NCBI GenBank assembly: GCA_030264375.1 | Contig: JASCQW010000112.1 | Span: 9,571,648-9,635,647, forward strand | Reading direction: 5' to 3' | DNA from: Carcharhinus longimanus | Taxonomy: Eukaryota | Length of the DNA stretch: 64,000 nt | Part shown: positions 53,237 to 64,000 of the stretch, piece by piece | Layout: each line of letters starts with the position of its first letter | Position numbering within the stretch: the stretch's first letter is position 1 | Notes under the pieces: model-generated | Database searches by the model: none | What the model was told of the DNA's origin: nothing | The model's input: the letters and a program-made list of their open reading frames with translations, nothing else | Translations under genes and position numbers: made by a program

Positions 53237-53926
53237 AGATTACTGCAGACAGGCCTTTCAGAAAGATTTATTCCATCGTTCGTTGTGGTTTAAAAACTCA
53301 GTTCCTGACAGTACATTTGCGAGTATTTGTCTTGGGTAATGCAACCTGAAATGTTGCTGTTCCTGCTGATGTCTGATCACAAGCAATTTTAAGTTGCTGC
53401 CAGCCTAAGTATTCTTGACCCTACCCCAAGCCTGTGAGCTGAAAGAGCTTTTTAGCTTTACATCAGAAATTCCAATATTACCTTTTTCTTGTGTGTCTGC
53501 AACTAATTTTGTTTCCCCTATTTCCCCCTCTGTATTCCTCTTTCTAAAACACATGGTTCCCACACTGACTGAGGAGAAAGGGGCAAACATGTTGCTGTCA
53601 AGCTTCTGATTGCTGTTTGTTAGGAAGAACGTTAGTTCACTTTCTGACCAGGTTTGTGCAGGTTTTCTCAAACACCAAATATAGCTTGTTGAATGAACCA
53701 GTTGAGTAAGTGTCTTGCTATGATTCACTCTGGTGTTCACAGGTATCTAATTTGTACTGACGTTCTTGCTGACATGGTGAAAAATATCTCTTTCTAATCA
53801 ACGTTGTCCGCTAATGATCCAGTTTTGCTTTCCAAGTCATTCGAACACAAGATAATTTGTGGTATTCCAATTAATACACAACAGCACTTTTCCAGGTCAT
53901 TAAATGGAAACTGATTGCAATGTACT

Positions 53927-54233
53927 TATAGAATAGAATCCCTACAGTGCAGAAAGAGGCCATTCATCCCGTTGAGTCTGCACCAACCACAATCCCACCC
54001 AGGACCTATTCCTGTAACCCTATATATTTACCCTGCTAATCCCCTTGACACTAGGGCAATTTAGCATGGCCAATCAACTTAACACACACACCTCTGGACT
54101 ATGGGAGAAAACCGGAGCACCCAGAGAAAACCCAGGCAGACACGGGGAGAATGTGCAAACTCCACAAAGTGTGACCCAAGGCCAGAATTGAACCCAGACC
54201 CTGGTGCTGTGAGGCAGCAGTGTTAGCCACTGC
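53927..54233 (-). mobile_element. HE1-like V-SINE, near full length
   Basis: Reverse of the same head and V-domain; CR1-type tail (ATAGAATCCCTACAGTGCAGAAAGAGGCCATTC on the + strand). Confidence 0.85.
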
Positions 54234-54357
54234 CAATGGAAACAGACTTAAGAATGTAATGAAATTCATGTTTGAAAGTGGACCAGTTAATATATTAGAA
54301 CAGCAAGATATAGTACAGTGAATACATTCTGTGCAATGAACTCATGAACAAAAAGAT

Positions 54358-54835
54358 TTTTTTATTCATTCGTGGGACATGGGTGTTGTTGGCTGGCCAG
54401 CATTTATTACCGATCGCTAGTTCTTGAGAAGGTGGTGGTGAGCTACTGCCTTAAAACGCTGTAGTTCACAATGTAGACCCACAATGCAGTTAGGGCGGGA
54501 ATTTTAGGATTTTGATCCAGTGACTGCAAAGGAACGGCAATATATTTCCAAGACAGGAGGGCAAGTGCCTTGGAGGGGATCTTGCAGATGGCGGTGTTCC
54601 CATATATCTGCTGCTCTTACCCTAGATGGAAGTGGCCATCTGTTTGGAAGGTGCTGTCTGAGATACTTGGCGAATTGCTGCAGTACTTGTAGATAGTACA
54701 ACCTGCTGCCACTGAATGTTGGTGAATGGAGTGGATGGCTGTGGATGTGGTGCCAATCATGCAGACTACTTTGTCCTGGATGCTGTCCAGCTTCTTGAGT
54801 GTTGTTGGAGCTGCACCCATCCGGGCAAGATGGAT
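54358..54835 (-). mobile_element. LINE 3' end, same family as 47780-48585
   Basis: Minus-strand HLARMGAAPTTLKKLDSIQDKVVCMIG with the same tail. Further copies at about 17360-17665 (-) and 56765-57025 (+). Confidence 0.7.
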
Positions 54836-55994
54836 AAAGAGAGGCATTAAATGATGCTTGAGAAAGGATTTGATGCATTTGCCTTTAGGAAAACACTCAC
54901 TTGAGATGCAGGCTCTACACCAGAGACATCAGTACCATGACTGCATCAAAAGTGAACAGGCTAAACTTAAGGTCTGACTGAAGCTTCCTTGCTGTAAATT
55001 CCTGGTTGCCTTCCTTACCAGTGTTTCTTACCCATTGGCGAAGGTCTGATTGAAAATTTGCAAATGGCAAGTTCCTGGTATCCATGTGCAAACCCCACTT
55101 ACAATTGTTGCTTTGACATCTGAGCTTGCAGGGGCAGGGCTTTCTGTGGCTCTGGGTGTCTACAATGTCTAACGAAACATTGTTTCAAGCAAGCGTTTGA
55201 GATATCAACAGTGCACTGTCTTGTGCACCTTCTCAGGTTATCAACTGATATTAGCAGACGGCATGTATGTATATGTTTAATCTGCCATGGGGAGTGTAAA
55301 GTAGGAATGTGCAGCTTTCAGGAAATGTGGTTTTGTTTAAATTTACGCCCCCCCAAACAATGGGAGAATTAGCCTTGGCTGTATCTTGGAAATTACAGAT
55401 GTCATGTATCTTCTCTGTTTTTAGAAATAGTTTCTTGCAGAATTTACTGTGCTACCGTTCCTTGTTTTTTGGTTGTTATTCTGTACTGTAGAATGCTTAA
55501 AGTGATGCACTTTGGAAAAGCAGCTGTTTTTGAAATGAGCAGAGTAAGATTCAAAGGAGTTTGCCTTGGACTTTAATTTTCCCAAGGCACCAAAGGTAAG
55601 TCAAAAATACATCTTGATAGTCTGGAAAGCAGATCTTGAGTCTGATCAATCAGGATTCACCATGGCCTTGGCTCTGTTTAATATACAGACATCTTGACAA
55701 AAGTAGCTCAGTTTCTTCTCTCTCAATGCTGTATTTAGAGAGGCAAGTGTGTATGTCTGTGTCTATGTAAAAGTCTCTCTCTCATATATACATTAATAGA
55801 AAATTGCATAAACAACCGAAATGTGGGAGATGATTTATAGGTGGTTTTCATTTTAATTTTTTCCACCCAGGACTGATCTATGATCCTCCTGTCTGCTGGT
55901 GTTGTAAGCTTTCCATTTGATGTATGAACGTGTGAAGTTAAAAGGCTCAAGTACTTGAGTAAGGAGGTGGGAAGAACAACCTTGATGAAAGGAA

Positions 55995-56245
55995 ATTCAA
56001 AAGTCATCTTTATGCATGTAAATAGTAAAAGGGTAGCAAAAGCAAGGGTGCGGCCAATTAGGGATCAGAAAGAGATGAGGGCAGAATGCATTGCCTGAGG
56101 TATAAAATGAGTACTTTGCATCTGTTTTTACCAAGGAAGAATGTGCTGCCAAAGTAGTGAAAGAGGAGTTGTTGAGACACGAGCTTAAAAAAATGCTAGA
56201 GGAGGAATTAGAAAGACTGGCTGTACTTGAGCAAAATATTATCCT
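55995..56245 (+). mobile_element. CR1 ORF2 internal fragment interrupted by a SINE
   Basis: AATGAGTACTTTGCATCTGTTTTTACC encodes NEYFASVFT. Confidence 0.7.
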
Positions 56246-56271
56246 GGAAATTTTCAATAAAAACAATGTTA

Positions 56272-56560
56272 GAACTAGAATCATAGTATCCCTACAGGCC
56301 ATTCTGTCCATTGTGTCTGCGCCAACCACAAGCCCACCTAGGCTCTATCCCATAACCCAATGCATTTGCCTCAAAAAGGGGCAATTTAAGGTAAAGGGAC
56401 TAGTTAACATTGCTAGTCCACCTAACCAGCACATCTTTGGACTGTGGGAAGAAACCTGGAAGAAACATGGGGAGAATGTGCAGACTCCACACAGTGACCC
56501 AAATCAGAATTGATCCCAGGTGCTGTGAGGCATCAGTGCTAACCACTCTGCCATCATGCT
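56272..56560 (-). mobile_element. HE1-like SINE
   Basis: TAGAATCATAGTATCCCTACAG...GTGAGGCATCAGTGCTAACCAC. Confidence 0.75.
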
Positions 56561-58551
56561 GCCTCACTAATTAATAGGCCTAGCAGCATCGGCAGACAGA
56601 ACCACAGCTCACATTTCGGGTCAGTGACTTCCATAATAATGGATTCCAACAATTTTCCAACAACAGACATTTTGTACTTTCTGCCTTGCTTCCTTTTTCC
56701 AATCCATTGGAACATTTCCAGAATCCAGGGAATTTTGCTGGAATTTACTTGAGCTCCTTTAAACAGCACCTTCAAGATCTATGACCACTCCGATCTAGAA
56801 GAACAAAGACAGCAGACATGCCTGCAAGCTTCCATCCAAGCTATTCGTCATTCTGATTTGGAAATGTAGCGCCATTCCTTCACTGTTGCTAGGTCAAAAT
56901 CCTAGGACAGTGTACCTACACCACAGGGACTGCCAGGATTCAAGAAGGCAGCTCCCCTCCACTTAAGGGCAGTTAGGGATGGGTAATAAACGCTGGTCTA
57001 GCCAGCGATGCTCATATCCCATGAATTTTTTTAAGTTGGCCAATCACTAGGACAACAGCCTTTGTCCCTGGCATCACAGCAGTAATGAAGTTCATGCATG
57101 ACGTTCAGTTGTATGGTAGGCAGAATGTCTGCAACTTTGTGAATTTGTTCAGTTTTAGGGCCACCTTCAACTGCAGAAAGCAACAGTGTTACTTAAAAGT
57201 TTGCATGTTTTCACAAACATTAGGTTCGTGATGTACTTGGGCATGCCCCATATCCATCATGGAGTTGCTTTGGCCAACTGATATCTAGTTGAATTCAAGT
57301 CCAATGTGATGAAGAAGCTGCACTTGTGCTACTCAGCATTTATCTTTACTGAATTCTAATACCACAAATCAAAAGAGTACAATGACTATTAAAAGCCAAG
57401 AGAGTAAATATACAGCTATATACACCAACAGTCCCAATCCTAATAAACTGTTAATTGTGTGACAGTCATGCCTTTGAGTTTTGGTGGCTGGAGTAAGTTG
57501 AGAGAACAGACATTTAGTGCAATTAATAGTTGTAATTAGTTTAATTAGTTAATAATATCAGACATATCAAGATTGTAATACGCAGGGATATGTCTAAGGA
57601 AAGAAAACTGTTTAATACTCAGTGATATTAGCACCTACTCCACTCTTGCATTGCCATGTGTCAAATAAGAATCAAAAAATGAGATATTAGCAGCTGTGCT
57701 CTACAATGCACCGTGTTTGCCCCAATAAATAGGACCCAGTTTTTTGATGGGTTTTTTGCATTATCCAGACATAGATCTCTCAGCTCCAAAGCTGATGGAT
57801 TCACACTGCAGAGCAGTATATAGTCTCCTCCAACTAACTTAACGGCATTTTCAGCTGAGCCTCCTTTGCATCGCTTTGACATTCAGCATGAAAAATGTGC
57901 AGAGTGGATAGGAGTCTGTGAGACTCGAGAGTTGGCATGCATCCATTTTTTAGTTTCCTTTTAAAACTGAACACAAAGGTGCACACACCAGTCGTAGTGA
58001 AGCTCGTGACAGGTTGCTAGCGGGCATCTGATAAGGTGGTGACGTTTTTTCTGCCTTTCAATGAAACAGCCCTGTGGTGCCATTTGAGTCACTTCATTTA
58101 AGTGCATTTTTAAAATGTAAAATGGTCTGTTGGATGTTGTGGAACTGGAGAATTTTTTAATGCATTCCGCTTGGAATGTTGATTAAGCTGAACCATAAAT
58201 GGGAAACTGTAGAGAAAGCATCTGCGGCTGGAGAGACAGATCTCAGCATATTCTCCAGTCAGTGTCATTGAGTTTATTAATATTAGATTCCCCCTTTGAA
58301 TTTTTGTTCTAAGGCCACAGGAACAGGTTGTAAACCACAAACATTGTACAAACAATTCATGGTGTTTTTTTGAATTCTGGTTGTGTACTTGGCCTTCATG
58401 AGGCCACAGCACTGTGGGAGGGTGGTACAAAGTTTAAATCTACAAATCATACAAAAGTTTCCTTATCAGGAACGGGATGCTCGTGATACTTTGCCCATAA
58501 TTCACAGAACATTTGAAAGTCAAAGACAAATAATTTTTATACAGTCCTGAA

Positions 58552-58799
58552 GCACTGGTGTGGACTGAACAGTAAGAAGTCTCTCAACACCAGGTTAAAG
58601 TCCAGAAGGTTTATTTGGCAGCACAAGCTTTTGGAGGGCTACTCCACCATCTGATGGAGTAGCGCTCCATCATCTGATGAAGGAGCAGCGCTCCGAAAGC
58701 TTGTGCCACCAAATAAACCTGTTGGACTTTAACCTGATGTTGTGAGACTTCTTACTGTGCTTGCTTACCTAAGCCAAACATCGACATCTCCACATCATG
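58552..58799. mobile_element. Palindromic Penelope-terminus element
   Basis: ACAGTAAGAAGTCTCTCAACACCAGGTTAAAGTCCA... is inverted to ...TGGACTTTAACCTGATGTTGTGAGACTTCTTACTGT; ends CATCTCCACATCATG. Confidence 0.8.
58671..58705 (+). ncRNA. Minimal type I hammerhead ribozyme motif (Penelope terminus)
   Basis: CAT-CTGATGA-A-GGAGC-AGC-GCTCC-GAA-AGCT-T-GTG. Core boxes are intact, stem II is 5 bp, stem III region is the palindrome AAGCTT, and stem I is 3 bp. Confidence 0.75.
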
Positions 58800-60439
58800 G
58801 TTTGAGAAGACAGTTGGCTAGGCTGGAGATAAGTGGGTGGGTAAGCAGCAGTCCTAAGCTTAAAATAAGTGGAATAAGAAAGCGAAGGAAAATGAGGGGA
58901 ATTTTTAAAAATTTTGTTGCGAACCAATCATGTCCTAAAAAGGACGTGGATTCCACACAAATTTCAAAAGACAACTTGTCATTTACTTGATGGACTAATT
59001 TGCACGATTGGGAGGAGAAACCTGGGGTGTGGGAGTACTTTGGGCTAGACAAGCCAAAACAGGCATGAAGAGCCAAAAAAAGTTGCTTCCTGATAGTACA
59101 TCGTTAACCAATGTTGGGGCACTTTAGCTGGCAGAGCACTACTTTGCTCCAAATGATGCCATTAGATTACCAAAATATTGTGAAGCAGTTCTATGAAGTG
59201 AAGAATTAACGAGGCTGAAGTGGCCTAGAAACTTCTGGAAAATAATTATTCCATGTCTCGTGTGTTTTAGGGTGTATTTTAAACTTCAATTTGAGCATTT
59301 CATTCATTTTATTAGCTTAGTCTCTCTCTGTATTTAATTAAGAAATTGTTGTCCACTTATCATAATGGGGATGTTTTGAACTTAGCTATAATTTGAGCTG
59401 GAGGAGGAGTGGATGAACACATTTATNNNNNNNNNNNNNNNNNNNNNNNNNNNNNNNNNNNNNNNNNNNNNNNNNNNNNNNNNNNNNNNNNNNNNNNNNN
59501 NNNNNNNNNNNNNNNNNNNNNNNNNNNNNNNNNNNNNNNNNNNNNNNNNNNNNNNNNNNNNNNNNNNNNNNNNNNNNNNNNNNNNNNNNNNNNNNNNNNN
59601 NNNNNNNNNNNNNNNNNNNNNNNNNNNNNNNNNNNNNNNNNNNNNNNNNNNNNNNNNNNNNNNNNNNNNNNNNNNNNNNNNNNNNNNNNNNNNNNNNNNN
59701 NNNNNNNNNNNNNNNNNNNNNNNNNNNNNNNNNNNNNNNNNNNNNNNNNNNNNNNNNNNNNNNNNNNNNNNNNNNNNNNNNNNNNATAAAACCTCATGAT
59801 ACAATGTTGCTTATAAACTGAGGTCAGCGGAAGTCCTCGTTCCATCCTCTTGTTCTAAATATTAGACGTTTGTCTAATGGCTTTATCTAAATGTGAAATA
59901 CTGAGCCAAAAACAATACCCTTTGTTTCTGAAAAGCTTTTGAAATGCTTTCCCTTCCATTCCCAGCACTTACAGAATTGATAGGCAGGAGAAGACTGGCT
60001 GCTGCCCCAAGTCTGCCCAACATTCCTGATTGCCAGAACATAGGGATTAAACTCCTCCCTCCCTCCATTATCCCCTCCACCTTATCCAACAGTCATATGG
60101 AGAGACAATAAAACAAATTAAGAAAAAGATTGCTGAATTCTGGCCAGTTGGTTCACAATCGCTTCGGCAAAGGAAACCTATAAACCCACTTAATATTGCC
60201 TAGGTGTAACTCCAGTTCCACAATACTTCATTGACATTTAATTGCTTCTAAAGTGAACCAGCAATTCAATTTCTTCAAGAAAGTCCACTAGATAAATAGG
60301 GATGGTCAATGTGTGGCCTTGGCAGTGATACCCACATTGCAACAATAAACACATTACTTTTCATAGCTCTTTAAGGTAAAACTTGGTGAAACAAGATTTA
60401 AATTGATTTTTGCCTACAACAAATTGCATTTCTAGCGTC

Positions 60440-60890
60440 GTTTGTGTAATTGCAAGGCACTTTGCAAAATTTGACACCAAACCACGAGTTATTGGGACAT
60501 TTGATTTTAAAGCTTGCTCAAGAGAGAGGCTTATAAGGAGCATGTTAAAAGACAACTGGGAAATAGAGGCTGAGGTATAAGAGGTTGGATCCAGGCAGTT
60601 GAAGACATGGCCACCAGTGGCAAAATGATAATGTCAGAATATGAAAGAGGCCAGGATTGAAGAAGTGCAGAGATCTCGCCTGGTTGTAGTGATAGAGAAG
60701 GTGAGAGAAATAGGGAGGGTGAGACGAAGGAGGGAATTGGGAAATGTCAGAATTTTTAAATCGTGGTGACATTGGAGTGGAAAGCAGGTTCAAAGAGCAG
60801 AGAGGTGGGGTTAGAATAAAGGCAGCAGAGTTTTGGCACAATTTCAAATTTATGGAGCATAGAAGATGAGAGCTTTTCAAATTGGCTAAC
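60440..60890 (-). mobile_element. L2 LINE 3' end
   Basis: Minus-strand LKLCQNSAAFILT...PPYFSHLL matches L2 LQLIQNSAARILT...PPYL. Related pieces at about 39960-40190 (-) and 21690-22045 (+). Confidence 0.7.
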
Positions 60891-61629
60891 ACTGCAATAT
60901 GGAAATTGAGTATTCATAATAGGTTGTTCTAGAAACAGAACCTGGCCAATAGTTCCCAAATTCCCAAGCCTGTCGTAGTTTGATTAAAGTACAATTGGAA
61001 TCATTCAGGTTATGCAAGTTGGTGATTTGCCAGAATTAATTCACAAACTAAGAAGAAAAACATGGAAATGATTAGTAATCTGCTGTTCATAAATAGTCAT
61101 TATTTTTGGAATAAGCCATTTTGACTGAAGGAAGTAATTTAAAATATAAAGTGAGTGTTTTCCCAGAGCTGCTGTAGTTAGTATTGGAACTGTAGAGTTT
61201 CCAGTACACTTTATTGGCACAATGAATCCATCCATTCAATCCAAGGTATCATATTTTCTCAATCAACTGTAAATTATATGCTTCCTGACATTATCTCAAA
61301 AAATGACACAGTATTGGAAATCTGGAACTCTCCCATAAGGGTAGATCAAATGGAAATTTAAATTATTATTTATCAGGAGTATTCCTGAACCAAAGTTGGT
61401 AGATGGAGGTGACATTCAGATCAGCCAGACCAGACCAAGTTAGCCACATGGACTGTTGCCAACTATGGCCAGGTCTGCAAAACATAGACTACAAGGTGAA
61501 GGCATGTAAAAATCACCGGCATCAATTCGCCCTCCCTCAATGCTCCACTGCCCATTTTGAGCAAGACATTAGCAAGAGCATGCCCTCCACTGCTGAAGCT
61601 TAGGACGAAGGGCCTCTTTCTGCACTATA

Positions 61630-62520
61630 GGGTTCTATGATTCTATGACGAAACTGTATCCAAGGTCATCATTGCAGACATCAGAGCAACCTCCTTGAAA
61701 ATCAACTTGCAGAGAGAGACGAGCACTCAGATCCTGCATGGACCAGCTGGCAAGGGTATTCAGACATCTTCAACCTCTCTTTACATCAATCTGAGCTCCC
61801 TATCTGCTTCAACAAGATGACCACTGTCCCTGCACCAAAGAAAAGCCAAGCAGTGTGCCTTAATGACTGTCATCTGGTGGCTCTGACATTCATCATTATG
61901 AAGTGCTTCAACCAGTAGGGATAGGTGACATCATGTCATCCTCAGCACTGGTGCCCCACAAGGCTCTGTCCTCAGTCCTTTACACACCTATGACTGTGAG
62001 GCCAAATTTCCCTCCAACTCAATTTTCAAGTTTGCTGTTGGCGCCACTGTAGTGGGTTGGATCTCAAGCAATGACAAGACAGAGTACAGGAAAGAGTGAG
62101 CATCTGGTGAACTGATGCGACGACAATTTCTCCTTGAGTATAAACAAAATGAAGGAGATGGTCATTGACTTCAGGAAGCGTAATGGAAGGCATGCTACTG
62201 TCTACATCAATGGGGATGAAGTACAAATGGTCAAGAGCTTCAGGTTTTTAAGTGTCCAGATCAACAACCTCTCCTGGTCCATTCGTGCTGACGAGATAGA
62301 TAAGAAAGCCTCTACTTTCTGGTTGTATCACAGCTTGTTATGGCTCCTACGCTGTCAAAACCACAAATTACAAAGGGTCATGAACGAAGCCTAGTCCATC
62401 GCTCAAACCAGCCTTCCACCCATTAACACCGACTACACTCTGCTGCCTCAGAAAAGCACCCCACATAATCAAGAACCCCATGCACCCCAGACATGGACTC
62501 TTTTTCCACCTGTTCCACCA
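61630..62520 (+). mobile_element. Rex1/Babar LINE reverse transcriptase fragment
   Basis: Decayed DQLA..DIFNLSL, TTVPAPKK, CLNDCHLVALTFIIMKCF and LSINKMKEMVIDFRK motifs. Confidence 0.85.
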
Positions 62521-64000
62521 CTGTTCAATTATTGATTTGATTTGTCACATTAGTATACCATGAAAAGTATTGTTTCTTGTGCACTGTACAGGCAAAGCCT
62601 ACCATTCATAGAGTTAGTGTTGCTGCTTCATTTAATTGTTCAATATGTATGCAATTGAAGTGTATGGCTTTACAAAAATATTTTTCTGCATATTGTGCTA
62701 AGTGTATATAATTTCAAAGCTATAATGTTGGTGATTAGGTTAAAAATCATTTTGTGCTTTGCTGTTGTCCTTCACTATCTCCAAACCTGCCCCTGAGCTA
62801 TTTAATTACACTTGCTGTAGGTTATATTTTATTTTCCAATTTAATTTAGTACTGTGTAGCTCAGTTCTCCCTGCTACTGATGGTTTAATAATATGCTTGG
62901 TTTAACTGCACAGTAGAGGCTGAAAAGTACAGTTTCATTCTTTTGGACTTTAATGCTCATTTTTGTTGAAAGGCAAGACTGCTGCAACGAAATACTAGCT
63001 TTGAAGAAAAGTTTTTTTCCAAAATTTGCTGTGCAGGGAAAGTGTTGAATTTGAGTTCAAGTTGACATATGAACTGAAGATTAGTTTCTAAAATTGTACG
63101 CTGCTTCTGTGCTGTTCAAATGTTTTAAAATCCTGATTGTGATCTGTGGGGCAGCTGGTTGCAGATTAGATGTTGTCTACGTTGATTCAGGTGAGTAGGT
63201 GGACTCATTTATTTTACTGTTTGCAGACTAGTTTTCCTTCTATAGATCTGTACAATTTTTAAGGGGCATAATGTTCAATTTTGGCTTTGTCAGATAGCTA
63301 CCTATCTGTCACTGGTATCGGCTTATTGTACCATATCTAGATCACCTAGTGTTTACTGGCTGAGAATACAAACAGTTCCCTGTTAAACCTTGTGGATGTT
63401 TTTCTTAAGTACCTGCATGCTGCTGCATCACGAGTGACAACACAGAGGAAATGAATGGAAACCACAGTACTTTGGAGTAATGGCTGTGCAGCCAGCATTA
63501 ACCATTGATGTGCATAGTACGAAGAGCTGGAATGATTCAATGTGCTTGGAAACAGGCCAGAGAGGAACTCTCAAACCAATTGGTCCATCCCAGAAGGGTC
63601 CAACCTGCACCCTTCGTCAAATATCCATCCAGTGGCCTCAACTCACGTAAATTTTCTGGAAATGACAGAACACAAAGTACCAGGAGAGGTGTCTTGGAAA
63701 TTACTCTTCAGTAATCAAAAGCAATTAAGCCAATTTCAGGAGAGCAGTGACATTTGTTAGTGCTCCAAGATGCATTCAAAGTCTTCAACTCTGATATATC
63801 TACTTTCTCTGGAAGGCCCACAACAAATCTGCATATACTGGCAACTCAAAGCCGAGGTCAATGATTCTGCAAAAAGTAAGTACTTAGCTTACACCTTACC
63901 AAAACTGTTTCCATAACTTGTTCTCCGGCCACCGATTTGGCTAATGCAAGTAATCTTTCCAAAGATTGGGCATAGCTACTTGAAAATATGCTAAGAAAAG

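Noticed and set aside
59382-59845. ORFs made mostly of X residues
   Set aside because: Artefacts of translating N-gaps; the same applies near 2.5, 13.4, 46.8 and 48.3 kb.
49945-64000. SPTLC2 exon 10
   Set aside because: No GFIIYGNEDSPVVP-like coding segment was seen. It is probably beyond the window, although the gap at 59426-59785 cannot be excluded.

Overview
AT-rich, CpG-poor vertebrate DNA with several N-gaps. The repeat content (HE1-like and Deu-domain SINEs, CR1, Penelope termini) points to a shark or other elasmobranch. The whole window lies inside one + strand gene, SPTLC2 (serine palmitoyltransferase subunit 2). Eight internal coding exons, equivalent to human exons 2-9, have canonical AG/GT sites and join in frame. 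Exon 1 lies upstream and I did not find exon 10 onward. Nearly all other ORFs in the track are spurious or decayed transposon fragments. The introns hold CR1, L2, Rex1 and Penelope fragments, a Harbinger transposase fossil, a MITE and several SINE families. Two observations stand out. (1) A ~300-bp element at 30488-30790 has two U2 snRNA 5' fragments followed by two tandem hairpins with identical outer stems and different inner stems; it is a candidate U2-derived SINE or structured RNA. (2) At least three repeat families carry minimal type I hammerhead ribozyme motifs, including short palindromic Penelope-terminus elements with long target-site duplications. Repeat boundaries are approximate and family names come from recall, not from a database search.
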